Of a stretch of 64,000 bases of DNA, positions 1-9,746 are shown piece by piece; the first letter of the stretch is position 1, and every line of letters starts with the position of its first letter. Source of the stretch: an uncultured Spirochaetota bacterium (GTDB lineage: Bacteria; Spirochaetota; Spirochaetia; SZUA-6; Fen-1364). The stretch is from NCBI GenBank assembly GCA_963745235.1, contig CAVUXE010000009.1:96001-160000 (forward strand), written 5' to 3'. The notes under the pieces are model-generated. The model was given only the letters and a program-made list of their open reading frames with translations, had not been told where the DNA came from and did not search any database. The position numbers and the translations under genes were made by a program.

Positions 1-2
1 TG

Positions 3-992
3 AGCGTCTTCTCGATTGCCGACACGCTCTCTCGAATGATCAAGGGCAAGGAAAGGGTCTCCGCGGAGCTGCTGCAATACAAGGACCGGGTCAACACGCG
101 AGACGAGATCAAGCTCCTTTCAAACGAGGTCAACAAGATGACCACGGTCATCAAGGGCGTGATTCCGTATATCTCTGCCTCGACGTTGAAGCACTCGGAA
201 CGTGAGAAACCCACCACGGAGAGGAAAAACCTCACGTTCCTGTTCACCGACATCCGGGGATTCACGAGCATCTCGGAGAAATTGAGCCCTGACAAGGTCG
301 TGCAGATGCTCAACCACTACCTGGACCTGCAGACCTCCGTGATCCATGCCAACGGCGGAGAGGTGGACAAGTTCGTGGGCGACGAGATGATGGCCATGTT
401 CGAGGGCGCGAAGAAGGACTTCAACGCCTGCAAGGCGAGCCTCGAGATCCGCAAGGCAATGGCGCATGAGAAGGAGCTCGCCCAGGCCCAGGGACGGGAG
501 AACGTGTCCATCGGGATCGGGATCAACACTGGAACGGTGGTCTTCGGCAGCATGGGCGCCAAGGAACGAATGGACTTCACGAGCATCGGGGACACGGTGA
601 ACCTTGCCGCCCGCCTGGAGGGCACCAACAAGGAGTACGGCACCAAGACGCTGATCACCGAGGCGGTGTACGAGAAGGTGAAGGACGCGTTCCTCTGCCG
701 CGAGATTGACCTCATGACCGTGAAGGGCAAGACGGAACCGGTCCGCATCTACGAGGTGCTGCAGGATTCGAAAGCAGCCGCGGAGAAGCTGACGAAGTTG
801 AAGAAGGTCTTCGAGACGTCCCTGGAGCACTATCGCAAGCAGAAGTGGGCGGAGGCGGAGAAGGGATTCTCACTGCTCGTAAAAGAGCTCAAGGACGAAA
901 CGAGCGGGGTGTTCCTCCAGCGCATCCAGGAGTTCAAGGCAAGCCCGCCGGCACGGGGCTGGGACGGGGTGTTCCACAGGACATCGAAGTAG
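3..992 (+). CDS. Class III adenylate/guanylate cyclase with HAMP domain (5' end outside the window)
   Basis: Frame is open from the window edge. HAMP-like RDEI..L..VN.M, then FTDIRGFT, VDKFVGD, DFTSIGDTVNLAARLE; K/D specificity residues indicate adenylate cyclase. Confidence 0.92.
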   Translation, partial: SVFSIADTLSRMIKGKERVSAELLQYKDRVNTRDEIKLLSNEVNKMTTVIKGVIPYISASTLKHSEREKPTTERKNLTFLFTDIRGFTSISEKLSPDKVVQMLNHYLDLQTSVIHANGGEVDKFVGDEMMAMFEGAKKDFNACKASLEIRKAMAHEKELAQAQGRENVSIGIGINTGTVVFGSMGAKERMDFTSIGDTVNLAARLEGTNKEYGTKTLITEAVYEKVKDAFLCREIDLMTVKGKTEPVRIYEVLQDSKAAAEKLTKLKKVFETSLEHYRKQKWAEAEKGFSLLVKELKDETSGVFLQRIQEFKASPPARGWDGVFHRTSK

Positions 993-1044
993 GGCCCGGT
1001 GCGCCCCGCACCCCGCAGGGCAGCGCTCGGCCTTCCGCTTGTCC

Positions 1045-1812
1045 TTAGGGAGTAATGTCCGCGACGGATTCCACGATCTGCGTTGGCTGATAGGGATAGC
1101 GCTGCACATCCTCACGCCGCGTGACGCCGCTCAAGACCAGGACGGTTTCCATGCCGCTCTCGACGCCGGCCACCATGTCGGTGTCCATCCTGTCCCCTAC
1201 CATCACGGTGTCCTCGGAGTGGACCCCGAGGTAGTTCAGGGCGGTCCTCATCATCAGCGGGTTGGGCTTGCCGACGAAGAAGGGGCTGACTCCCGTGGCC
1301 TTTTCGATCAGCGCGGCCATGGCGCCGCAGGCGGGGACAAGGCCCCCGTCCCCCGGCCCCGATGGGTCAGGATTCGTGGCGATGAATCGCGCCCCCCGGG
1401 CGATGAGTCGGATTGCCGTCGTGATGAGCTGGAAGTTGTACGAGTTGGTCTCACCCAGCACGACGTACCAGGGCTCGATGTCGGTGATGATGAAGCCGGC
1501 TTCGTGCAAGGGATCGGTGAGCCCGCTTTCGCCAATGACGAAGACCTTGCCGTTGCCCTTCTGCGACTTGAGGAAGCTCACCGTCGCCATGGCGGAGGTA
1601 AAGATGCTCTGCGGAGCCACCGACAGCCCGACACTGCTGAGGCGATACGCGAGATCCTTCTGTGTATACTTCGGATTGTTCGTAAGCACGAGATGCTTTG
1701 CGCCGCGCTCCTGGAGCCGCCGGAGAAACGCATCCGCGCCCCGGATGGGGTCCATGCCGCGGACCAGGACCCCGTCCATGTCGATGAGGTAGCTTTTTTG
1801 GTTTGCAGACAT
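1045..1812 (-). CDS. nagD: HAD-IIA family hydrolase (NagD-like)
   Basis: DMDGVL, LTNN, GKPN and GDRMDTD motifs; ATG at 1812. Confidence 0.88.
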   Translation of the reverse strand: MSANQKSYLIDMDGVLVRGMDPIRGADAFLRRLQERGAKHLVLTNNPKYTQKDLAYRLSSVGLSVAPQSIFTSAMATVSFLKSQKGNGKVFVIGESGLTDPLHEAGFIITDIEPWYVVLGETNSYNFQLITTAIRLIARGARFIATNPDPSGPGDGGLVPACGAMAALIEKATGVSPFFVGKPNPLMMRTALNYLGVHSEDTVMVGDRMDTDMVAGVESGMETVLVLSGVTRREDVQRYPYQPTQIVESVADITP

Positions 1813-1891
1813 TGCGGCAAGCATCATACGTGATGGCCCGCAGTGCCCGCAAGGCGTCTGCTTGGCCGCGGAAGCGAGGAGGCAACTGGAC

Positions 1892-2604
1892 ATGCGCAGG
1901 CCTGAGGCGATTCTCTTCGACCTCTGGGGGACACTTATCGACTCGGCGGCTTTCGATCCCGCTCTCGGGAACGCCGCGCTCCTTGCCTTCGCCGAGAACC
2001 CGCGCGGGGTGACCCTGGACGACCTCCAGGAGCTGGGGGAAGGCTGGTGCGGGCCACCATACCGCGCGAAGAGCAATCTGGCCTCGAGTTCACCCAGGGC
2101 GCTCTCTTTCGCATCCTCTCGGACGCATTCGACCTGCGCTTCACCCGGCCGTTTGCCGATCTGGAGTGGGAGTTCTGGAATGCGTCGTTGACGGTTGTGC
2201 TGCGCCCGGGCGTGCGGGAAATGCTGGAGAGCGTACGTCTGCTCGGCATGCGAAGCTGCGTGATCTCCAACTCCTCTTTTGCCGCCGGCACCATCACGAG
2301 GGAGTTGGAGCGCCAGGGGATCTCAGGCTTTTTCGAGTTCGTGGTCTCCAGCGCGGACTATGGCATCCGCAAGCCCGACGCGCTGATTTTCGAAGCGGCT
2401 CTTCGCAGGATGGAAGTCTCGCCGGACAAGGCGTGGTTTGCCGGAGACAACGTGGGCTACGACATCGTGGGGGCCACTGACGCGGGGCTGTTCCCCATTG
2501 CATACAACGCCCACGCGCCCATCCCGGGGAGCATTTCCGAATACGCGGCAATCTCCCACTGGCGCGAGCTCCTGGACCTGCTGGAAGGTGCGCACACGGG
2601 TTGA
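1892..2604 (+). CDS. HAD-IA family hydrolase (frameshift near 2040, probably a sequencing error)
   Basis: AGGAGG RBS; FDLWGTL in frame 1, then ISN, KPD and GDNVGYDI in frame 2. Confidence 0.82.
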
Positions 2605-2698
2605 GAGCCCTGCACCCTCTGTGGTTGACAGAGGAAAGACTTCTGGTCACTGAGCGCTCAGAAACGGCTTCTCGACTGATGGACCGGACGTTGCAGAG

Positions 2699-2727
2699 AC
2701 CGGCCGTCACATTCACCGGCCGTCACA
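2699..2727 (+). repeat. 13-bp direct repeat ACCGGCCGTCACA x2 (16-bp period), candidate regulator site
   Basis: Copies at 2699-2711 and 2715-2727, directly upstream of a -35 hexamer. Confidence 0.6.
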
Positions 2728-2729
2728 AT

Positions 2730-2758
2730 TTGACGGGCGCGTCATTTCGGGCTATCCT
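2730..2758 (+). promoter_or_regulatory. sigma70-type promoter
   Basis: TTGACG (2730-2735), 17 nt, TATCCT (2753-2758). Confidence 0.6.
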
Positions 2759-2927
2759 TGAACTGAGGGCACCGGAGTGGGACCACCCATTTCCGCAGCC
2801 CGTGACTTCGTGCGCTGTGGAGGGTATATGCAACATACCGACGACCCTGGGGGTAGGCTGACTTAGCGCACGGGGGGTGACCTCCATCTCCCTGTGCCGG
2901 TCTTTGGCGCGCCACGGGAGGTGGAGC

Positions 2928-3575
2928 ATGAAAAAGATAAGAGTCTTTCTTGACCTGTTTGTTCTGAGCGGTTTCGTCAGCAGCTTCTTCTACGGATTTC
3001 TCAACCCGCTGTACGTCAGCGTGATACTCGCGCACCTGGACCCGCGCATCATCGCCGTGGGATCCTTCATGTCGTCAGGGTTCCCCGTGCTCATCGGGGC
3101 CGTTCTGGGCAACAGACGCCTCTTCAAGCGCCTGTATGCCGTTCTTCCCTGGCTCATGGTCCTCGAGCTTGTAGCGGCGTGCGCCGCCGCCGCCATGGCC
3201 TCCCTCGATCTCGCCGTCTATTACCTTGCATCCATGGTGATCATGGGGGTGTTCTCCACGTCGGTTGTGTATCTGCTGCAGAAGGTCAAGGAGGCGAGGT
3301 ACCGCGCCAGCCGGGCGAGCTTCGACAGGCGCTACGGAATGGCGGACGCGCTGGGCTCAGGGGCAGGCTCGGTTCTGAGCATTGCCGCAGTCTCAATGCT
3401 GCGCGACCCGCTTCACATCGCGGTTGCTGGGGCGCTTCAGACCGGCGTGGTCTATGGGCTTTTTCTCATCATGTACCGTCGGGTCCCGGGCCCTCGCGGG
3501 CGCCGGACGGCCGACGAGGAGCCGCATCCATGGCGCGAAACTGCCCTTGCGACGCTGCCGCCCCAGGCGGCCTGA
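2928..3575 (+). CDS. Membrane protein, about 6 TM, half-MFS-like
   Basis: GGAGG RBS; about six hydrophobic segments; 215 aa. Confidence 0.7.
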   Translation: MKKIRVFLDLFVLSGFVSSFFYGFLNPLYVSVILAHLDPRIIAVGSFMSSGFPVLIGAVLGNRRLFKRLYAVLPWLMVLELVAACAAAAMASLDLAVYYLASMVIMGVFSTSVVYLLQKVKEARYRASRASFDRRYGMADALGSGAGSVLSIAAVSMLRDPLHIAVAGALQTGVVYGLFLIMYRRVPGPRGRRTADEEPHPWRETALATLPPQAA

Positions 3576-3689
3576 GCTCGCGTTCGACCGTTCCCACGGG
3601 GATGAATCCCGCCGGGACTTGACACCAGCCGGCCGCACCGCTATCAGTAGTGCAACCGCGCCCCTGAAGCGCGGCGGAAGGAGCACCCC

Positions 3690-5448
3690 GTGCCAGACCC
3701 ATCACCCCATGGCCCTGCCCCCGCGCGGGACACAGCGCAAGGGGCGTCGACCTCGGACTTCATCCGCGACTTCGTCGCGGAGGATCTGAAGAGCGGCCGA
3801 TTCTCCCGCGTGCAGACACGGTTCCCGCCGGAGCCCAACGGATACCTGCACATCGGCCACGCCAAGGCCATGTGCATTTCCTTCGGCATCGCCGAGCAGT
3901 TCCACGGCAAGTGCAACTTGCGCTTCGACGACACAAACCCGACCAAGGAGGAGCAGGAGTACGTCGACGCCATCAAGGGTGACGTGAAATGGATGGGATT
4001 CGACTGGGAGGATCGGGAGTTCTACGCCTCCGACTATTTCGAGCAGCTCTACCAGTGGGCAGAGCAGCTCATACGAGCGGGCAAGGCATACGTGGATGAC
4101 CTCGACGAGAAGGAAATCCGCGAATATCGCGGGACCGACGTCGTGGACAAGGGCCCCATCACCGTCACGCCTCCGGGCCGCGACAGTCCGTACAGGAACC
4201 GCCCGGTGGAGGAGAACCTCGATCTTTTCCGCCGGATGCGCGCCGGGGAGTTCCCCGACGGGGCGCGGACGCTGCGGGCGAAGATCGACATGGCGCATCC
4301 CAACCTGCACATGCGGGACCCCGTCATGTACCGCATCCGCCACGCGTCGCACCATCGCACGGGCGACGCGTGGTGCATCTATCCCATGTACGATTTCCAG
4401 CATCCGCTCTCGGATTCCATCGAGGGGGTCACGCATTCCCTGTGCAGCCTGGAGTACGAGATCCACCGGCCGCTGTACGACTGGTTCCTGGAGCAGCTTG
4501 GCATCTTCCACAGCCGACAGATCGAGTTCGCGCGCCTCAATCTCACCCACACGGTTCTGAGCAAGCGCTGGCTGCTGGAGCTGGTCAGGGAAGGGCGGGT
4601 GAGCGGCTGGGACGACCCCCGCATGCCCACCATCGTCGGGCTGCGCCGTCGCGGCTACACCCCCGAGGCGCTACGGGACTTCGTGTCGCGCATCGGCATG
4701 TCAAAGGCGGACAGCACCGTGGATATCGCGCTGCTGGAGCACTGCCTTCGCGAGGATCTGAACAAGAGCTGCCGGCGGGCCATGGCGGTGCTGAGACCGT
4801 TGAAGCTCGTGATCGAGAACTGGCCCGCGGGAAAGGTCGAGGAGCTGGAGGCGGTGAACAACCCGGAGGATCCCTCCGCGGGCACGCGCAGGGTGCCGTT
4901 CTCCGGTGAGCTTTTCATCGAGCAGGACGATTTCCGCGAGGTACCGCCGCCCAAGTATTACCGGCTCTCCCCGGGGCAGCAGGTGCGGCTGCGCTACGGG
5001 TACATCGTGACCTGCACCGGCGTGAAGAAGAACCCGGCCACGGGCGCCGTGGAGGAGGTCCGCTGCCAGTACGATCCGTCCACCCGGGGCGGCAACGCGC
5101 CGGACAACCGCAAGGTGAAGGCCACCATCCACTGGGTCTCCGCGGCGCACGCGCTGAGCGTCGAAGCCCGGCTGTACGACCACCTTTTCCTTGCGGAGTA
5201 TCCGCAGGCGGTGCCGCCAGGCATGGACTGGAAGGACACCATCAATCCCGCCTCCCTGGAGGTCGTTCAGGGAGCCCGCGTGGAGCCGGGGCTTGCGTGA
5301 TGCAGCCGCAGGGGACAGGTTCCAGTTCGAGAGGCTTGGCTATTTCTGCGTGGACCCTGATTCGAAGAACGGAAAGCTGGTTTTCAACCGCACAGTGTCA
5401 CTGAAGGATACCTGGGCCCGGATAGAGAAGAGAGCGTCTCAGACCTGA
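3690..5448 (+). CDS. glnS: Glutamine--tRNA ligase (one extra G near 5290)
   Basis: [18 protein letters not shown], and C-terminal FQFERLGYF in the next frame; removing one G of CCGGGGC restores the frame. Confidence 0.97.
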
Positions 5449-5501
5449 GGGTGATTCAGGAGCCGTGCCCGTCCTCCTTGATTCCCTGAGGCGGCTGCGT
5501 T

Positions 5502-5702
5502 TCAGTGCCATTCTGTGGAGAGGATTCTTCCCCATTGCGGGTTCGCGGGCACGGAGCCGTCCGGGAGAACATCTCCCGGTTGATCAGGGGAGGTGTCCCC
5601 CTCATGTTTCTTGTTGAACCGGCGCTGCCTTTTTTCTTCCTGTTTCTTCAGGCGGGCGAGCTCCTTGCGGCGTTTTTCACTCTGGTATGGCGATCTGCCC
5701 AT
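5502..5702 (-). CDS. Small basic protein (MGRSPYQSEKRRKELARLKKQEEKRQRR...)
   Basis: GGGAGG RBS; K/R/E-rich helix; lies downstream of the RRM gene. Confidence 0.7.
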   Translation of the reverse strand: MGRSPYQSEKRRKELARLKKQEEKRQRRFNKKHEGDTSPDQPGDVLPDGSVPANPQWGRILSTEWH

Positions 5703-5831
5703 GTGGTCCTCCCTTCTCCATGCCGTCGCCGCCCGGAAGCACGGCACGGATGAATGACTTTCTTCAAGAGGCCGAAATCGAAAAGGGAGGCCCAGCCAGA
5801 GCGTGCCGGACGGCGCCTCCCCCAGATCGCC

Positions 5832-6137
5832 TTAGTAGTACCGGCTGCGGCTTCCTCCGCCTCCCCCGCCGCTGCTGTTGTTGTCCCGCGGCTTGTCGTT
5901 CGCCTCGTTGACCTTCAACTGCCGGCCGTCGACTTCCTTGCCGTTCAGCGCTGTCATGGCGGAGCGGGCGGCGTCTTCGGACGCCATCTCGACGAACCCG
6001 AAGCCCTTGGCGCGCCCGGTGTAGCGGTCGGTGATCACGTTGACGGACACCACCTCGCCGTACTGGGCGAAGAGCTGTCTCAGCGTGTCCTCGCTCGTGT
6101 TATAGTTCATGTTGCCGACATAGATTTTCTTCGCCAT
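5832..6137 (-). CDS. RRM RNA-binding protein with Gly-rich tail
   Basis: RNP2 IYVGNM, RNP1 KGFGFVEM, C-terminal GGGGGG. Confidence 0.95.
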   Translation of the reverse strand: MAKKIYVGNMNYNTSEDTLRQLFAQYGEVVSVNVITDRYTGRAKGFGFVEMASEDAARSAMTALNGKEVDGRQLKVNEANDKPRDNNSSGGGGGGSRSRYY

Positions 6138-6498
6138 GTCGATCCCCCTTTTTGTGCGGAGGCCTTCCCCCCGCCGTTCCAAAGCCCCAGAGCCTGCCGA
6201 CGACAGGCTCAATGCGCTCCTAGCAAGGTTGCGGGCGTTCGCGCTGCATGACTGTCATGGGCCATCAAAACGGGGGAAAAAGAATTGATTCGAAGGGAAA
6301 CAATTACTTTATGGGGAAGTAATTCGATCACTCGAGCTTCTTCCAGATTCACCCCTGGGCGGCACACATCGTACATGATGCAATCCCGCGCGTGCCATGT
6401 CATCTCTCCGCGCGCCAGTCCTGAGGAACGCGGTATTCCTCCGCATGTCAGTCCTGTTTCAACGAAACCATCCCACGAGCGACCGGAATACGCAAAGA

Positions 6499-6527
6499 AG
6501 CATACTCGATCCGGAATGCCAAGTCAA
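6499..6527 (-). promoter_or_regulatory. sigma70-type promoter facing the RRM gene
   Basis: Minus strand TTGACT, 17 nt, TATGCT. Confidence 0.55.
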
Positions 6528-6594
6528 GTAAGAAAATCCCCGACGCCCCCTGTCAACGCCTCGCACCAGCGTCCGCCGCGTCCGCCGGCGTTTG

Positions 6595-6623
6595 TTGACA
6601 GCGCATTCGGCGGCGCTTAGGAT
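6595..6623 (+). promoter_or_regulatory. sigma70-type promoter
   Basis: TTGACA, 17 nt, TAGGAT, followed by a GGGAGG RBS and ATG 6651. Confidence 0.6.
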
Positions 6624-6650
6624 ACGGGAAAGAGGGAGGGGAAAGACGCA

Positions 6651-6930
6651 ATGAGCGAAATGAGCTTTCTCCTTGCCGTGTTTGCCGTCATTGAGCACCT
6701 GAACAAGTCGGAGCTGACTACCACCAGCAAGAAGCTGATCATTGCCTACGTGAACGAGGCCAACGGAGAAGAGCTCGTGGAGAAAGCGCGCGAGGCGGTC
6801 AGGAGGTACACGGAGACGGTCCTGCCAACCCTCGCGAGCATCCGCACGAAAGCGAAGACGGTCAAGCTCGACAAGCTGGACCACCTGGTCCTGAAGCTGG
6901 AGTACGAGGGCGCACGGCTCACGCGCCTAG
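6651..6930 (+). CDS. Hypothetical helical protein, about 92 aa (stop masked by an extra C at 6926/6927)
   Basis: Promoter and RBS present; TAG 6928-6930 comes into frame after removing one base. Confidence 0.65.
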
Positions 6931-7846
6931 GGTCGCCCTTTCTCGCTTCCCTCAGGGATCTGGCAAAAAAGAATCCAACCACGGCAAACGTGACAAGGGG
7001 TGAAATCCACTGCGGGATGGAAATGCCGAACCCGTCGCACATCATGACGATGCCGAGGAACAGGATGGAATACATGGCGCCGTTCTTCAGGAAGCTGTAC
7101 CGCTTGATGCGTTCCACGTTTCCCGCCGTAACCTGGCGCACGATCACGGCCCCGAGGCCGTTGCCCGCCACGATCAGCGGCACGCTGAGCGTGAAAGCAA
7201 AAGCGCCCAGCACTCCGTCGATGGAAAAGGTCATGTCGATGACCTCCAGGTACAGGATCTTCGCCACATCAGACATGCCGCTCCCTGCCAGTTCCCGCTC
7301 CTTCCTCTCCGCGTTCTCCTTGAAACCGTGCGTGATGAAAAATACGGTGGAGCCGAAGACGGCGGCGAATCCAACCATGTCGCTCATGGGCAGGGCCAGC
7401 CAGACGGTTCCCGCCAGGAAGATGGACGCGATCGTATAGAACCAGAAACCCTTCTTGTAGAAAAACTTTTCTCCCGGGATGCTGAAACGCTTCGGCTCCA
7501 GGAACAGCCAATGGAGGAACAGAAGGACCAGGAATACGCCTCCCCCCATGAGCAAAGGTGGCGCGGACAGGCGCACCGCCTGGACTACGCGCGGGTCGCT
7601 GGAAAACGTCGCGGTGAGCGCTCCCCAGGGCCCTATCCCCGGCAGCGCCAGCCAGACGATCAGCCAGGGAAGGAGCCCGCGCACGACGAACACCGCGAAA
7701 ACCACTCCCCAGAGGAGAAACCATCGACGCGCCCGTCGCGCCATGCCGGAAAGGACCGTTGCGTTTATGATGGCGTTGTCCACGCTGGAGATCGATTCAA
7801 AAAGGGACAGTCCGAAGACGGTGAGGAGGACGCCGAGGACAGTCAC
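6919..7846 (-). CDS. DUF475 / TerC-like membrane protein
   Basis: ESISSVDNAIINA, YLEVIDMTFSIDGV and GAMYSI motifs; GTG start; TGA 6921-6919 comes into frame after the same 1-nt fix. Confidence 0.85.
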
Positions 7847-7929
7847 GCGCGGCAGTGTATCCCCGGCGGAAGGGAAAAACCAGCAAGTGATTGCCACGAA
7901 GGCCCGGAGTACCGATACTGTAGGAAGCG

Positions 7930-8700
7930 ATGGACGCGAAACTCCTGGATGCATGCGCGGTCCTGCTGGGACCGCAGGCAAGAAGGGCAGGCCAGGCCCT
8001 GTTGCGCCAGTTGACTGTCGGCACGGTTCGAGCCGCATTCCGCAGGCTCGCGCTGCGCACGCATCCCGACAGGACAGCGGGTTCCCGCGACGGGACGCTT
8101 TTTATCGAGGTGTCCCGAGCGTACGAGCTGCTCATGGCTTTCCTGGTGGCCCGATCAACTCCAGCCGGTGCTCGCGCCCACCGGACGCACGAAAGCCCTC
8201 CCCGTCCATCGGCAGCGCGTCCGAACCCCTCGCGGCAGCGCACACGGGAAGTGTTCTACCACGGCCCGCTTCCTCGCCGGCGCCTTCGGCTGGCGGAGTT
8301 TCTCTACTACTCGGGATGCATATCCTGGCAGTCCCTGATCAGCGCGCTGGTCTGGCAGCGCACTGGACGGCCCCGGTTCGGCGAGATAGCGCGTCAGCTG
8401 CGCCTGGTATCAGAGAACGACATGATGCGCGTCCTTCAGTCCCGCGCGCTCCACGAACAGACAGGGGCCACCGCTTCACGGCTTCGGCTCATCACCGTGG
8501 AGGACGTGCGACGGATCCTCAGGATCCAGCGCGCGCGCCAGCGGCCCATCGGCAGGTACTTCGTGGAGAAAGAGCGCATGGCGGATGCGGAGCTTTCCCG
8601 GCTCCTGCACGAGCTGTTCAGGCACAATGCGCGCTGCCGTCTCGAAGCCGAGAAGAATCGCCGCAAGAATCGGGTTGAGAAGGAAGAGGCCACCGCGTAG
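7930..8700 (+). CDS. J-domain protein with C-terminal MshEN-like repeats
   Basis: AFRRLALRTHPD (HPD motif); RLAEFLYYSGCISWQSLISALVWQ and three further similar repeats. Confidence 0.8.
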   Translation: MDAKLLDACAVLLGPQARRAGQALLRQLTVGTVRAAFRRLALRTHPDRTAGSRDGTLFIEVSRAYELLMAFLVARSTPAGARAHRTHESPPRPSAARPNPSRQRTREVFYHGPLPRRRLRLAEFLYYSGCISWQSLISALVWQRTGRPRFGEIARQLRLVSENDMMRVLQSRALHEQTGATASRLRLITVEDVRRILRIQRARQRPIGRYFVEKERMADAELSRLLHELFRHNARCRLEAEKNRRKNRVEKEEATA

Positions 8701-8741
8701 CTTCCTCCTGTGGCGCCGGGTGCGTCACACGGAGGCAGCAC

Positions 8742-9746
8742 ATGGGCGCGCTTGACGTCGCGCTTCTCCTGTCCATTTCCGCGATCTGGGGAAGCTCATT
8801 CATGTTCATGAGGTACCTTGCCCCGGCGGTCGGTCCGGCGTTCACCGCGGACATGAGGACGCTCATCGCCGGGATCATCCTCGGGTTCTTCTTCCTCGCC
8901 ATACGCTTTCGGCCGGGATGGCGCAGAAACGCCGGCCATTTCGTCGTCATCGGCCTTTTGAATGCCGGGATCCCGGCCCTCCTCTACTCCTTTGCCGCCC
9001 TGTCCCTGCCTGCGTCGGTAGAAGCCATCCTGAACGCGCTTTCGCCGCTGTTTGGCGCTGTCTTCTCCGCGATCTGGCTCGGAGAAAGATTCACCGTCCG
9101 CAAGATCGTCGGTCTTGCCCTGGGGCTTGCCGGAGTAGCGCTGGTCACGGGCCTCGGGACCGGGCCCGGGGAGGGGACGACGCTCCTTTCGGTTGCGGCG
9201 TGCGTCCTGGCAACCGTGTGCTACGGCCTGGCGGGAGTGTACATCAGGAAAAAGGCGCCTCACGTAAAGCCCATGGCAGTGGCTGGAGGAAGCCAGCTGG
9301 CCGCTGGCCTCATCATGCTTCCCCTCGTCTTTCTTGCTCCTCCCCCCGCAGGCGAGCTCATTCGCGTGGCCCCGGTGATCCTCGTGTTCGCGTTCCTGTG
9401 CAACGCGGCGGCCTTCCTGATGTATTTCCGGCTCATCTCGAGCGCGGGGCCCACAAAGGCGCTGACGGCCACGTTTCTGATCCCCGTGTCGGGTATGGTC
9501 ATCGGGGCTCTGGTGCTCCTGGAGCCCGTGACAGCGCGGATGCTGATGGGGACTCTCGTCATCCTGGCGGGCAGCGCCCTGGTGGTGGCGCCTGCTTTCC
9601 TTGACAGGGCGTACGCGGCCGTTTATAGATTCATCATCGCGTCATTCCGAGGAGCAAACCGTGAGAAACGATTCAGCGCGCGCAATCCCCCGCCTGGAGC
9701 TGATGGACCGGGAGCAGTGCGAGAAGATCCACCAGGCATCGCTTGA
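8742..9746 (+). CDS. DMT/EamA family transporter (true end may be 9604)
   Basis: IWGSSF and about 10 TM segments; the C-terminal tail overlaps the next promoter and gene. Confidence 0.88.
   Translation: MGALDVALLLSISAIWGSSFMFMRYLAPAVGPAFTADMRTLIAGIILGFFFLAIRFRPGWRRNAGHFVVIGLLNAGIPALLYSFAALSLPASVEAILNALSPLFGAVFSAIWLGERFTVRKIVGLALGLAGVALVTGLGTGPGEGTTLLSVAACVLATVCYGLAGVYIRKKAPHVKPMAVAGGSQLAAGLIMLPLVFLAPPPAGELIRVAPVILVFAFLCNAAAFLMYFRLISSAGPTKALTATFLIPVSGMVIGALVLLEPVTARMLMGTLVILAGSALVVAPAFLDRAYAAVYRFIIASFRGANREKRFSARNPPPGADGPGAVREDPPGIA
9601..9629 (+). promoter_or_regulatory. sigma70-type promoter for the mttB homolog
   Basis: TTGACA, 17 nt, TATAGA. Confidence 0.5.

Noticed and set aside
2760-2870. 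ZTP (pfl) riboswitch-like words (GTGG..CCAC, CCGAC..CTGGG)
   Set aside because: Element order and pseudoknot pairing do not fit, and the downstream gene is not purine or folate related. Kept only as an unknown leader.
3590-3690. GTAGTGCAACCG resembling the 3' end of a c-di-GMP-II riboswitch before glnS
   Set aside because: The GGGCAC and kink-turn elements are missing. The region is better explained as a hairpin plus a TTGACA-17-TATCAG promoter.
5285-5300. Programmed frameshift or selenocysteine read-through in glnS
   Set aside because: Continuation needs a frame change at a G run, and many similar indels occur across the window.
6379-6397. TGGCAC...TTGCA on the minus strand as a sigma54 promoter
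   Set aside because: GG-to-GC spacing is 13 nt, not 10.
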